Numbered from the stretch's first letter, positions 35,198 to 45,478 are shown. The stretch is 64,000 nucleotides of DNA from Candidatus Bathyarchaeia archaeon (GCA_035542975.1 DATKKK010000040.1:13857-77856); one strand, 5' to 3'. The notes: generated by a model from the letters alone, not told the origin. Numbers and translations: made by a program.

Positions 35198-37192
35198 TCA
35201 ACTTCCTCCCTTCGCTTCCGCCTCGGCAAACGCCGCCCGAACCTGAGCCACAACCTGCTTGCTCCCATACTGCTGAATCGTAATGGCGCCAGTCGGACAC
35301 GCTGCACTACACAAACCACAACCTTGGCACATAGCCTCAACAACCTCCGCCCTAAGCGCGTCGCCTTCACTCTTCATCTCAATAGCCACAAACGGACACA
35401 GCGACTCACAAACCCTGCACCCGCTGCACAAGTCTTTGTCCACAACCGCCTTCAAAGGCTCAAGCTCAATCTCACCCTTCGACAACAAATCAATAACCTT
35501 AGCAGCCGCGCCACTCGCTTGAGCCACCGTGTCTGGGATGTCCTTCGGTCCTTGACACGCGCCTGCGAGAAATACGCCTGCTGTTGAGCTTTCCAGCGGA
35601 CGCAGTTTTGGATGAGCCTCCAACAGAAAACCATCCGCACTCCTGCATGCATGGAACAACTCGTTAATCTTTGCAAGGTCGGCGTTAGGCACGAGCCCAT
35701 TGGCAAGCACCACCATGTCAGCGTGCATCTCCAGAAGCTTGTTAGTTCCCCTCTCGTAAACATCAAAGTAGAGCGACCCATCTGTAGCGCCGCGAACGTC
35801 AGACGGGATACCTGCCACAAAATTAATGCCTAAATCCCTAGCACGCCTGTAGAATTCCTCGTATCCCTTGCCGAAAGACCGCAAGTCATTAAAACAAACG
35901 TAGATATCCACGTCTTCGCCGAGCTTTTCATGAGCGAGAATCGCCTGCTTCAACGTCACCATGCAACCGACACGACAGCAATACTCGTGGAAACGCTTGT
36001 CCCTAGAACCCACACATTGAACGAAAACAATAGTCTTAGGCGGCTTGCCCGTTTTTGGAGACAGAATCTTGCCGCCAGTCGGTCCTGACGCGTCTGAGAT
36101 TCTTTCAAACTCGATGTTAGATATCACGTTTGGAAACCTGCCATAACCAAACTCCGCCATCTTTGACGCATCGAAAACTTCCGAACCCACCGCGATGACT
36201 ATTCCGCCCACTTTAAGCTGTACGGTTTTAGGCTTCTGCTTAAAATCTACGGCTTTAGCCTCGCATGCTTCAAGGCATTTGCCGCACACATCCTTCTTAA
36301 GCTTCAGCCTAAGACAATAATCAGGGTTTATGACTGCTACTTTCGGCACGGCGTGCGAAGAATAGATGGATACTGCACGTGTCTGGCTTAGGTTTTCGTT
36401 AAACTTGTCAGGAACTTTAACAGGACAGACTTTAACGCATAGTTCGCAGCCTACACACTTGTTTTCAGCCACATAACGTGGCTTCTTTAGGATTGAAACT
36501 TCATAGTTTCCGACAAAACCCTTCACATCAATAACTTCGGAATTCGTCAGCAACGTAATATTCGGGTGTTTAGCAACATCAACCATCTTAGGCGTCAAAA
36601 TACACGCACTGCAATCAAGCGTGGGAAACGTCTTGTCCAACTGCGCCATACGCCCGCCAATGCTAGGTTCCTTCTCTACAAGGTAAACCTTGAAGCCTGC
36701 ATCAGCCAAATCAAGCGAAGCCTGTATCCCAGCAATCCCGCCGCCAACAACCAGAACATTCTTCTCAACGCTGACCTTGCGCTTTTCCAACGACTCCAAC
36801 AACCTAACGCGCGCCACACCCATCCTCACAAGCGCCTTAGCCTTCTCCGTCGCTCTCTTAGGTTCCTGAGCATGAGGCCAAGAAACCTGCTCCCGCAAAT
36901 TAACAATCTCAACCAAATAGGGGTTCAATCCTGCTTCTGCAACCGCATTGCGGAACGTTTCTTCATGCATCCGCGGCGAACACGTTGCGATGACAATCCT
37001 GTCAAGCTTATGAGCCTTAATGTCCTTCTGGATCATGCGTTGGCCTAGTTCAGAACACATGTAAGTGTAATGCTTAGCTAGGGCAACATCTGGAAGGCTC
37101 TTGGCGTATTCTGTAACTTTTTCAACGTCTACCGTGCCAGCGATGTTTAAGCCGCAGTGACAGACGTAGACGCCTATGTTGACCATATGCAA
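35198..37192 (-). CDS. hdrA: Heterodisulfide reductase subunit A-like flavoprotein
   Basis: VYVCHCGLNIAG..., FAD motif VLVVGGGIAGIQASLDLADAGFKVYLVEK, several CxxCxxCxxxCP ferredoxin motifs. Confidence 0.9.
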   Translation of the reverse strand: MHMVNIGVYVCHCGLNIAGTVDVEKVTEYAKSLPDVALAKHYTYMCSELGQRMIQKDIKAHKLDRIVIATCSPRMHEETFRNAVAEAGLNPYLVEIVNLREQVSWPHAQEPKRATEKAKALVRMGVARVRLLESLEKRKVSVEKNVLVVGGGIAGIQASLDLADAGFKVYLVEKEPSIGGRMAQLDKTFPTLDCSACILTPKMVDVAKHPNITLLTNSEVIDVKGFVGNYEVSILKKPRYVAENKCVGCELCVKVCPVKVPDKFNENLSQTRAVSIYSSHAVPKVAVINPDYCLRLKLKKDVCGKCLEACEAKAVDFKQKPKTVQLKVGGIVIAVGSEVFDASKMAEFGYGRFPNVISNIEFERISDASGPTGGKILSPKTGKPPKTIVFVQCVGSRDKRFHEYCCRVGCMVTLKQAILAHEKLGEDVDIYVCFNDLRSFGKGYEEFYRRARDLGINFVAGIPSDVRGATDGSLYFDVYERGTNKLLEMHADMVVLANGLVPNADLAKINELFHACRSADGFLLEAHPKLRPLESSTAGVFLAGACQGPKDIPDTVAQASGAAAKVIDLLSKGEIELEPLKAVVDKDLCSGCRVCESLCPFVAIEMKSEGDALRAEVVEAMCQGCGLCSAACPTGAITIQQYGSKQVVAQVRAAFAEAEAKGGS

Positions 37193-37342
37193 AGCCGACC
37201 GAAATCATGTTTAAAATAGCTTGAGGGTTAAACCCTTCTATTATCCTTTATGCGTCAAAACGTAAAATTACGATGAAGCTTCTTCTAGGCGTTCTGCATT
37301 AACCATAAGACTAATTATCGAAGAAAGCATACCATCTGTGTC

Positions 37343-38455
37343 ATGGACAAGATGATTAAGATCAACGCACCACAAATCGACAGAAAAGAAATCGACGCAG
37401 TCACCAAGGTCTTGAAAAGCGGCGGGCTAACCCACGGAATCGGCGCAGGTCCGATGGTCACTGAATTCGAAAAATCCTTCGCAAGCTTTGTCAAAGCAAA
37501 ACATGGAATAGCCGTGAACACGGGAACCGCAGCCTTGCACGCGGCACTTGCGATGGCAGGCGTTAAAGCAGGCGATGAAGTAGTCCTGCCTAGCTTCACT
37601 TTCGTCGCCACGGCCGAAGTTGTCGCGTTAATCGGCGCAAAACCAGTCTTCGCCGACATCGACCCCGACACCTATGACGTTTCACCTAAAGCCATTGAAA
37701 AAACGATAACGAAAAAGACGAAAGCCATCATGCCTGTTGACCTTTACGGCTTATCTGCTGACATGAAACCCATCAGAGAAATAGCCGACAAACATGGGTT
37801 GAAAATCATAGAAGACGCGGCACAAGCGCACGGAGCAACTTACTATGGAAAGCCTCCAGGAGCGTATGCTGACGCTGCTTGTTGGAGTTTCTATGGAAGC
37901 AAGAACATGACTACCGGCGAAGGCGGAATGATAACCACGAACGATGCTGAAATCGCGGAAAAAGCGCGTTACATGCGAAGCCACGGTGAAAAAGTGAAGT
38001 ACGAATCGCTCATGCTTGGACACAACTATCACATGCCCGAAATCGAAGCGGCAATAGGCATTGCTCAACTGAAAAAACTGCCGAAGTTCGTTGCCAAGAG
38101 ACGCGAAAACGCAAAAAAACTCACTAGACTTTTGCAGAAGACGAAGAAACTGCAAACACCAATAGAGCCGAAGGGCTTCAAGAGCAGCTGGTACATGTAC
38201 ACTGTCCGACTTAAGAACGCAAAGCGCGAAAAAAGAGACAAATTTGTGGAGCAACTGAAGCAAAACGGCATAGGCACGCTTGTATGCTACGTGAACCCTA
38301 TACATCTCATGCCGTACTACCGCAAGTTTGGAAAATACAGGCTTCCAGTAACAGAGAAAGCGGCGGCGCAAGTGTTTTCCTTGCCCGTTCATCCAGGCGT
38401 AACTGCGGAGCAGATTGACTTTATCGGAGAAACGGTTCTTCATCTGTTACGTTAG
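37343..38455 (+). CDS. DegT/DnrJ/EryC1/StrS-family PLP-dependent sugar aminotransferase
   Basis: ...FEKSFASFVKAKHGIAVNTGTAALHAAL...IIEDAAQAHGA...FYGSKNMTTGEGGMITTND... Confidence 0.9.
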   Translation: MDKMIKINAPQIDRKEIDAVTKVLKSGGLTHGIGAGPMVTEFEKSFASFVKAKHGIAVNTGTAALHAALAMAGVKAGDEVVLPSFTFVATAEVVALIGAKPVFADIDPDTYDVSPKAIEKTITKKTKAIMPVDLYGLSADMKPIREIADKHGLKIIEDAAQAHGATYYGKPPGAYADAACWSFYGSKNMTTGEGGMITTNDAEIAEKARYMRSHGEKVKYESLMLGHNYHMPEIEAAIGIAQLKKLPKFVAKRRENAKKLTRLLQKTKKLQTPIEPKGFKSSWYMYTVRLKNAKREKRDKFVEQLKQNGIGTLVCYVNPIHLMPYYRKFGKYRLPVTEKAAAQVFSLPVHPGVTAEQIDFIGETVLHLLR

Positions 38456-38494
38456 ACTTTCCACGCTAGATTTAAATAGAATCGGAGGCAAGTA

Positions 38495-39862
38495 TTGAAC
38501 CCTAATCGGGGTTTTAATGAGGAATCTAACATGGAGAAGGTTAAAGTTATTATAATGGGCGCGGCTGGTAGAGATTTCCATAACTTCAACGTCTTCTTCA
38601 GAAACAACGACGCCTACGAAGTTGTGGCGTTCACAGCCACGCAGATTCCGGGGATAGAAGGACGAACCTATCCAACCGAGCTTGCAGGTCCAAACTATCC
38701 GAACGGAATACCCATCTATCCCGAAGAAGAGCTTCCAAAACTGATAAAGGAACACGACATCGACCAAGTGATTTTTGCCTACAGCGACGTCTCACACGAA
38801 ACCGTCATGCACAAAGCTTCAATAGTTCTGGCAAACGGCGCCGACTTCCGCCTGATGGGACCGAAGACGACGATGCTGAAATCAAAGGTTCCGATAGTTT
38901 CGGTGTGCGCGGTTAGAACAGGTTCGGGAAAAAGTCAGACTTCACGGCAAGTCGCAAAAATCCTGAAAAACAAAGGGTTACGAGTAGCCGCTATCAGGCA
39001 TCCGATGCCCTACGGAGACCTCCGAGAACAGGTTTGGGAACGTTTTGCCTCGTACGAGGATTTGGACAAGTACAAATGCACGATAGAAGAAAGAGAAGAG
39101 TACGAACCGCACATTGACAACGGCATAGTCGTTTACGCGGGCGTTGACTACGAAAAAATCCTGAGGGAAGCTGAAAAAGAGGCAGACATCATAGTCTGGG
39201 ATGGAGGCAACAACGACACCTCGTTCTACAAGCCAGATTTAAACATCGTCGTAGCCGACCCACACAGAGCTGGACATGAACTTACCTATCATCCTGGAGA
39301 ACAGAACATTCGGATGGCAGACGTTATAATAATAAACAAGGTGGACACGGCTGACCCTGAGAAAGTGAGACGAGTTAAAGAAAACATAAAGATGGTTAAT
39401 CCTGACGCCAAAGTTTTGGATGCTGCCTCACCAGTAACCGCTGACAAACCCGAGTTGGTTAGGGGAAAACGCGTGTTGGTAATCGAGGACGGACCAACAT
39501 TGACGCATGGTAGCATGCCCTACGGAGCAGGAACGATAATGGCTAAGAACTCTGGCGCGAGCGAAATCGTTGACCCGAAGCCTTACGCAGTCGGCTCGAT
39601 AAAAGAGACTTACAAGAAATACACGCATTTAGGCTCGATCCTTCCAGCGTTGGGCTATAGTGAGAAACAGGTGGCTGAGCTCAAAGAAACGATTGACCAT
39701 GTTCCATGCGACGTGGTAATCATCGGCACGCCAATCGACTTAAGAAGAGTCATAACCATCAACAAACCAACCGTCAGAGTGAAATACGAACTAAAAGTTT
39801 TAGGTCCAATCTCGCTGGAGCAGGTTTTAGAAGAGTTTCTTCAAAGAGGCAAGAAAGATTGA
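38495..39862 (+). CDS. COG2403-type P-loop protein (cyclic 2,3-diphosphoglycerate synthetase-like)
   Basis: KVIIMGAAGRDFHNFNVFFR...VCAVRTGSGKSQTSRQVA... The likely start is the ATG at 38531 (MEKVKVII). The family assignment is from memory. Confidence 0.6.
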   Translation: MNPNRGFNEESNMEKVKVIIMGAAGRDFHNFNVFFRNNDAYEVVAFTATQIPGIEGRTYPTELAGPNYPNGIPIYPEEELPKLIKEHDIDQVIFAYSDVSHETVMHKASIVLANGADFRLMGPKTTMLKSKVPIVSVCAVRTGSGKSQTSRQVAKILKNKGLRVAAIRHPMPYGDLREQVWERFASYEDLDKYKCTIEEREEYEPHIDNGIVVYAGVDYEKILREAEKEADIIVWDGGNNDTSFYKPDLNIVVADPHRAGHELTYHPGEQNIRMADVIIINKVDTADPEKVRRVKENIKMVNPDAKVLDAASPVTADKPELVRGKRVLVIEDGPTLTHGSMPYGAGTIMAKNSGASEIVDPKPYAVGSIKETYKKYTHLGSILPALGYSEKQVAELKETIDHVPCDVVIIGTPIDLRRVITINKPTVRVKYELKVLGPISLEQVLEEFLQRGKKD

Positions 39863-40248
39863 GCACCGAAGAAACAGAAATCTCCCGTGTCAAAGTAAAG
39901 TTCATAATCGAAGGCTTGGGCGACGCTGAAGGAGAGCTGGTGCGTTTTCTAGCACCCAGAACAGTAGACATGATCGTTAGAAAATTACCTATTGAAGGCA
40001 GAGCCGCCCTGTACAAGGAAGAAATCTATTTCGAGACGCCCATAAAGATGGGAGAAGAAAAAGCAAAGAGCACGGTGGAAAAAGGAACAATTGCTTTCTG
40101 GCCGATGGGAAGCGCCGTATGCATTTTCTACGGCGAATCGCAGCCATACAGCCCCGTGAGTAACTTGGGTAAGATAACCAAAAACCTAGAATTGTTCAGC
40201 CAACTTAAGAGCGGAACCAAAGTTAGGATGGAGCTTCTAGTAAGCTAG
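39859..40248 (+). CDS. Cyclophilin-like fold protein (TM1367-like)
   Basis: TTG overlapping the upstream TGA. ...LAPRTVDMIVRKLPIEGRAALYKEEIYFETPIKMGEEKAKSTVEKGTIAFWPMGSAVCIFYGESQPYSPVSNLGKI. Confidence 0.6.
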   Translation: MSTEETEISRVKVKFIIEGLGDAEGELVRFLAPRTVDMIVRKLPIEGRAALYKEEIYFETPIKMGEEKAKSTVEKGTIAFWPMGSAVCIFYGESQPYSPVSNLGKITKNLELFSQLKSGTKVRMELLVS

Positions 40249-40767
40249 GGAACTTTCACTCCAAAACCTCAAAAGCCTATCACACTCAGCCACAACTTCT
40301 TCCTCTCTACTTTTTGTTTTTAGCACATTGAGAAATTCGATGCGTTTCTTAACCGAACGTTTTTCTGCAGTGCCGCCGTAGTAAAGCTTGCCTTCCAGAT
40401 ACTCTTTCATGCCGTTTGCTTTTTGCACAAAAAGACTGGCAGCATCCACAGGGTTTTGCACGGCGTATTCGTTTGCCCAGATTGTCGCATCGGCTTCGCG
40501 AAGCTGGGTCAAACCGTCAATCTCTACTATGCTACGCAAGTAAGTTCTAAAGAAGTCATAGTAACCTGCCACCTTGACAAGCTCAAGAACGCGCTCGACT
40601 TTCCGCTTGAATTTCGGCTTTCCTGTTATCGTGATTTGATGCTTGTAGCCTTTGTCAACGAGCTCTTTGGCTTTTTTAACCTCATCAGTAGTGTAGATTC
40701 TTTCGGGAAAACCCATTAAGATTCCTAGTTTCCTAGAAGCCGTGTGAAACAGAAAAGGTTTGTTCAA
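40237..40767 (-). CDS. Hypothetical protein
   Basis: 176-aa ORF with coding-like composition. No family recognised; may start at an internal Met (MGFPERIY). Confidence 0.4.
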   Translation of the reverse strand: MNKPFLFHTASRKLGILMGFPERIYTTDEVKKAKELVDKGYKHQITITGKPKFKRKVERVLELVKVAGYYDFFRTYLRSIVEIDGLTQLREADATIWANEYAVQNPVDAASLFVQKANGMKEYLEGKLYYGGTAEKRSVKKRIEFLNVLKTKSREEEVVAECDRLLRFWSESSLAY

Positions 40768-40776
40768 ATGCGAAGC

Positions 40777-41100
40777 TTAGTCAACTTTGTAGATTTTGAT
40801 GCTGTGGCTACCGGAGACAAGTTGGATTTTGCCGTTTTCTTCCAGTTGTTCCAGATAATCTTTCGCCGCGCTCATGCGTATTCCAAGGCGCGAAGCCACG
40901 GAGTATGGTGTTAAAACGTTCATCTTCTTTAGTTCGCTGAAGATTTTTTCGTTTTTAATATCTGGCGCGAGTATGCTAAGCATTTTCTTTTCTTTCGGCG
41001 GTCCGGTCTTTTCCTTTTTCTTCTTCTCTTTGTCTTCCTCGTCTTTCTTATCTTGCATGCGTTCCATTTGCTTTAGGTTAAGCTTCTTTTTGCCACCCAT
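40777..41100 (-). CDS. rps25e: 30S ribosomal protein eS25
   Basis: Lys/Glu-rich N-terminus, then ...ELKKMNVLTPYSVASRLGIRMSAAKDYLEQLEENGKIQLVS (winged helix of S25e). Confidence 0.8.
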   Translation of the reverse strand: MGGKKKLNLKQMERMQDKKDEEDKEKKKKEKTGPPKEKKMLSILAPDIKNEKIFSELKKMNVLTPYSVASRLGIRMSAAKDYLEQLEENGKIQLVSGSHSIKIYKVD

Positions 41101-41225
41101 TTTTTCTCAGCTTCTATCTTTGAATGATTTCCTCGTGGTTCTTTAGGTTTTCTATGAATAAACAAAACTTAGTTATTTCAACTTTATGCTTGACTTGACA
41201 AAAAGAAAAGAGAAACTGGGGAAAG

Positions 41226-41447
41226 TTATCTGTTCATAACTTTCTTCGCAGCGATTTCGATGTCTTCTGCTTTGATGGTTTTTCTTCCAGCGTGCATTGC
41301 GAAATCTAAGGCTTCTTTAGCGATTTTTACGCCGATCTCTTCTAATGCTTTTGCAAGTTCTTTTGCTGCGGCTTCGCTGACTCTGTCAGCTCCAGCTTTT
41401 TTGCACAGTCGATGCATTGGAGCTACAGCTAATTCTAATTCAACCAT
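41226..41447 (-). CDS. Archaeal histone (HMf family)
   Basis: 73 aa: [64 protein letters not shown]. Confidence 0.9.
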   Translation of the reverse strand: MVELELAVAPMHRLCKKAGADRVSEAAAKELAKALEEIGVKIAKEALDFAMHAGRKTIKAEDIEIAAKKVMNR

Positions 41448-41606
41448 AAAGGGTTCTCCGTAGCCTCTTTTTGTATTTACAGCAATATTTAACGTTTATT
41501 GTTGTTCGCTTGCCAAAAACAGTCGTGTATACCCAAAACTATTCAGACGAAAAGGGAAATTATAAATGCGCTTTATAGTCTAGTTTTCTGAAAGCCGTGA
41601 CTTAAC

Positions 41607-42386
41607 ATGAGATTCGTTGACGCGCATATACATCTTTCAGACGAAGAATATTCCAATATCGTTGATGAAATCATAGCTGATGCCAAAAACGCGAACGTAG
41701 TGGCTCTAGTTTCAAACTCTATGGACCTGAAAACAAGCATCGAAAGCCTGAAGCTGGCTGAAAAAAACGAAGGAACAGTCTATGCTGCTCTGGGGGTTCA
41801 CCCATGGAACGTGCAAGCTTTAACAGAAACTGAGCTTCAGCAAACATTAGATTTCATCTTAAACCAAAAAGGACACAAGGAACTCGCTGCAATCGGCGAG
41901 ATAGGACTCGATTTCAAGTATGAGAAGATATGGGACAAACAGATGAAAGTCTTCGACGACATGTTACATCTAGCTGAAAAGCTAGATTTGCCCGCCATAA
42001 TCCATTCCCGAGGCACTACTGCGCAGATCGTCGACATGCTTCCATCATACAAGCTGAAAAAAGTCTTGCTACATTGGTTCAGCAACCCGATAAGCGTGTT
42101 GTTCAAAGCTGTGGAAAAAGGATACTACATCACCGAAGGAGCTCCAACAGCGTACTCGAACGGCATACGCGACGTCGTAAGACGAGTACCGTTAACTAAT
42201 TTACTGACTGAAACAGACGGGCCGGTACGCTTTTTCAAGTCACCCTTCGACGGCAAAAGGACCACGCCTGCCTTCATTCCAACGGTCGTCAAAGCCATTG
42301 CTGAGATAAAGAAGATGAATGTGGAAGAGGTTGCAGAGCAGATAATAAGTAACTTTGAAAGCTTTTTTGAGGTAAGGTTAAATTAG
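41607..42386 (+). CDS. TatD-family metal-dependent hydrolase
   Basis: MRFVDAHIHLSD..., GEIGLDF..., IIHSRG..., HWFSN..., ETDGP. Confidence 0.85.
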   Translation: MRFVDAHIHLSDEEYSNIVDEIIADAKNANVVALVSNSMDLKTSIESLKLAEKNEGTVYAALGVHPWNVQALTETELQQTLDFILNQKGHKELAAIGEIGLDFKYEKIWDKQMKVFDDMLHLAEKLDLPAIIHSRGTTAQIVDMLPSYKLKKVLLHWFSNPISVLFKAVEKGYYITEGAPTAYSNGIRDVVRRVPLTNLLTETDGPVRFFKSPFDGKRTTPAFIPTVVKAIAEIKKMNVEEVAEQIISNFESFFEVRLN

Positions 42387-42438
42387 TCTTATGTTTTATG
42401 AGTGACTGTATTTATACGATGGAGTAGAGGGGAAACGC

Positions 42439-42675
42439 TTGGGAAACGTGCGGACAGACCAAGTTAAGCGTACAGCGAAGGAACTTGTTAGGCGATTCCC
42501 TGACAAATTCTCTGACAATTTTGAAAATAATAAGCGTCTTGTTAACTTGCTTTTGCAGGGAACCACGATGAAAATTAGAAATCAGATTGCTGGTTACATA
42601 ACACATTCTCTTATTGCACCAGAGATGGAGTCTGAAGAGGAGACTGTTGAGGAAGAAGGCGAAGAAGCCGACTGA
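42439..42675 (+). CDS. rps17e: 30S ribosomal protein eS17
   Basis: (TTG)GNVRTDQVKRTAKELVRRFPDKFSDNFENNKRLV...IRNQIAGYITH, with an acidic tail. Confidence 0.9.
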   Translation: MGNVRTDQVKRTAKELVRRFPDKFSDNFENNKRLVNLLLQGTTMKIRNQIAGYITHSLIAPEMESEEETVEEEGEEAD

Positions 42676-42716
42676 CCCTTATTATAAAATGCAGAAACTG
42701 AAAGGACTATGCCAAT

Positions 42717-43091
42717 ATGATGGATGAATACAGAAAAGGATGGGCACTGCGATACTTGCGGGAAGCAAAAGCTGAGCTTCAAGCAGCAAGAAAAATGCCC
42801 TATATGGCACCAAGCCTCATCCTAGAAGCCATAAGAAAAGCGCGAAACGCCATCTACTATAGCCTAGGAGAACCCGCCTTCGTAGAAATCGCCGTAAGAG
42901 AAACAGCAGAAAAAACACAAACAATCGAAGACCCCGTTCTAAAAACCTTGATAGATATCGAGGGTATAATACAACAGCTGTCTCAAGTGGAGGAAGTGAA
43001 CGGAGAAATAGCCATCAAACAAGCCGACAGCTTAGTGCAATTAGCCTCAGACATAGTTGAAACCGTGATTGGCGAAAAAATAGAAGATTGA
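42717..43091 (+). CDS. Hypothetical all-helical protein
   Basis: 124 aa. The N-terminus GWALRYLREAKAELQAARK is reminiscent of HEPN/PaREP1-type helical domains, but no catalytic motif is visible. Confidence 0.4.
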   Translation: MMDEYRKGWALRYLREAKAELQAARKMPYMAPSLILEAIRKARNAIYYSLGEPAFVEIAVRETAEKTQTIEDPVLKTLIDIEGIIQQLSQVEEVNGEIAIKQADSLVQLASDIVETVIGEKIED

Positions 43092-43099
43092 GGGAAGGT

Positions 43100-44275
43100 T
43101 CAGCGTTTTTCAAGAGCCTTTGCTATACGATCCAAAGCTTTTTTGATGTTTTCAACCGAATTGGCAAAAGATAACCGCAGATAGCCTTCACCGTATTTTC
43201 CAAATGAAGTGCCTGGCAGAACAGCAACGCCTCCGTTGTAAAGCAGATGATCTCCAAGTTTGCGGCAATCCATTCCTGTTCCCGTTATGTTCGGAAACAC
43301 GTAGAAAGCTCCACGCGGTTTCTTGCATGTAAAGCCTTTAATGTTGTTCAAACCTGAAACTATTACTTCTCGACGTTTCTTGAATTCAGCCACCATTTTT
43401 TCAGGCTCTGTTTGTGGTCCTTTTAAGGCTTCAACGCCCGCCATTTGAGTAAACGTGGAGGTACAAGAGTTTGAGTTGGTCATGAGTTGTGCACATTTCT
43501 GAGCCAAATCTTTGCGCATCACACCATAGCCTAGACGCCAGCCTGTCATGGCGTAAGTCTTTGAAAAGCCATCTAGTAGTATTGTTTTTTCCTTCATGCC
43601 CGGAAACTGGGTGATGCTTTCATGCCTACCCTCGTATATTATCCTGCTGTAAATCTCGTCAGCAAGCACGAACACGTCGTCTCTGTTCGCAACGCAGTCA
43701 GCTATAACACGCAAGTCTTCTTTGCTCAAGACGCCGCCTGTCGGGTTTTCTGGCGAGTTAATGATTATCATCTTGGTTTTCTTCGTTATCTTCTGCTTGA
43801 TGTCTTCTGGGTTCATGCTGAAGTCGTTCTCTTCTTTGAGTTGAATGGGTATTGGCTTAGCGCCAACAAAGTTTATCAAGGATTCGTAGATTGGAAAACC
43901 AGGGTTTGGGTACAAGACTTCCTCGCCTTGGTTGACTAAGGCTAGTATGCTGAAGAACATGACTGGCTTGCCGCCTGGTGTTACGACAACTTCGTCTGCT
44001 GTGACGTTTAGGTTTCTGGTTTTTGAGATGTATTCAGCTATGGTTTGTCTGAGTTCTGGTGTTCCTGCAGATGGTGTATAATGCGTGTAGCCTGAGTTGA
44101 GTGCTTTTATTGCCGCGTCTATGATGTTTCTCGGCGTGTCAAAATCTGGTTCGCCGATTTCCAAGTGTACAACGTCTTTTCCTTGTTTTTCAAGTGCTTT
44201 TGCTTTTGCGAGCACTTCGAAGGCGGTTTCGGTTCCTAAGGTTTCCATTCTTTTTGCAAAGACGGAATCCAACAT
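43100..44275 (-). CDS. Class I/II PLP-dependent aminotransferase (aspartate aminotransferase family)
   Basis: ...YPNPGFPIYE...IIINSPENPTGGV...LADEIYSRIIY...DGFSKTYAMTGWRLGY...LRLSFA. Confidence 0.9.
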   Translation of the reverse strand: MLDSVFAKRMETLGTETAFEVLAKAKALEKQGKDVVHLEIGEPDFDTPRNIIDAAIKALNSGYTHYTPSAGTPELRQTIAEYISKTRNLNVTADEVVVTPGGKPVMFFSILALVNQGEEVLYPNPGFPIYESLINFVGAKPIPIQLKEENDFSMNPEDIKQKITKKTKMIIINSPENPTGGVLSKEDLRVIADCVANRDDVFVLADEIYSRIIYEGRHESITQFPGMKEKTILLDGFSKTYAMTGWRLGYGVMRKDLAQKCAQLMTNSNSCTSTFTQMAGVEALKGPQTEPEKMVAEFKKRREVIVSGLNNIKGFTCKKPRGAFYVFPNITGTGMDCRKLGDHLLYNGGVAVLPGTSFGKYGEGYLRLSFANSVENIKKALDRIAKALEKR

Positions 44276-44359
44276 AAATCACCTTTATTTTGGAGGAACT
44301 TAAAAGTAAAAAGTGGGAGGTATTTAACTATTACACTGCAACGGTTTGCAATTTGATGT

Positions 44360-45376
44360 TTAGAACAGTTTTGACAGCGGTCGTACCTTCAGCACGTCAA
44401 GGTTAACTAGGTTCGGCGGCTTTCTTCCTTCAAAGAACGAGACTAAGTTGTCAGCGACCATCTCGGACATTTTTGAACGAGTCTCCAGGCTTGCGCTTGA
44501 AATATGCGGCGCAACAACCACGTTCTCAAGCTTTAGCAACGGATTATCCATGGGCGTGGGTTCCTGTTCGAACACGTCGAGCCCTGCACCAGCGATTTTT
44601 CCTTCCTTCAAAGCCTCGTACAACGCTTTCTCGTCAACAACAGGTCCACGTGAATTATTGATAAGGTAGGCAGTTTTCTTCATGAGCTTGAGTTTCTCCG
44701 CGTTTATCAAGTGGTGTGTTTCTTTCATGAGTGGAACGTGTATGCTCACGTAATCTGATTCTTTCAAGAGGGTGTCAAGGTCAACTTTTTTGGCGTTAAA
44801 GTCCTTCTCGATTTCTGGTCTCGGCATGACATCGTAGAAGAGTATTTTCATGTTAAACCCCGTCGCTCTTTTCGCCACAGCGTATCCTATTCTTCCTGCG
44901 CCGACCACTCCTATTGTCGCGTTGAAAACGTCTCTGCCAGCCAGCATGTTTGGGTGCCAGCCGACCTTCCATTTGCCCCCACGAACGTACCTGTCTGCTT
45001 CAGCCACACGTCTTGCAACCGCCATGAGTAGAGCCCAAGCAAAATCCGCCGTGGTGTCTGTCAAGACTTCAGGCGTGTTCGTAACGTAGATTCCTCTTTT
45101 CGTGGCTTCAGCGATGTCTATGTTATCGAAGCCCACAGCCAACTGCGAAACAATCTTCAGTTTAGGCGCGGCATTGAAGACCTCGGCGTCTATCTTGTCA
45201 GACAAGAGCGAAGCCAAAGCGTCAACGTTCTTGGCTTTTTCGATAATTACGTTTTTCGGCGGCGGAGCGTATTCCGGCCAAACTTCCGTGTCAAAATGTT
45301 TTTTTATGATGTTTAAGCCTCTTTCCGGAAGCTCTCGAGTGACGTAGATTTTAGGTTTAGGCATACGGTTCACCAT
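44360..45376 (-). CDS. D-isomer-specific 2-hydroxyacid dehydrogenase (glyoxylate/hydroxypyruvate reductase type)
   Basis: ...GVVGAGRIGYAVAKRA...HVPL...NNSRGPVVDE...AGLDVFEQEP. Confidence 0.9.
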   Translation of the reverse strand: MVNRMPKPKIYVTRELPERGLNIIKKHFDTEVWPEYAPPPKNVIIEKAKNVDALASLLSDKIDAEVFNAAPKLKIVSQLAVGFDNIDIAEATKRGIYVTNTPEVLTDTTADFAWALLMAVARRVAEADRYVRGGKWKVGWHPNMLAGRDVFNATIGVVGAGRIGYAVAKRATGFNMKILFYDVMPRPEIEKDFNAKKVDLDTLLKESDYVSIHVPLMKETHHLINAEKLKLMKKTAYLINNSRGPVVDEKALYEALKEGKIAGAGLDVFEQEPTPMDNPLLKLENVVVAPHISSASLETRSKMSEMVADNLVSFFEGRKPPNLVNLDVLKVRPLSKLF

Positions 45377-45478
45377 TATTTGGTTGTTTGCGGCATTCTT
45401 TATTAGTCTTAATTCCGCGAATGCAATACTTTCATTATAACAGTTAAATAAGTTTTCGTAGAATCTGGCGCGCTTTGA

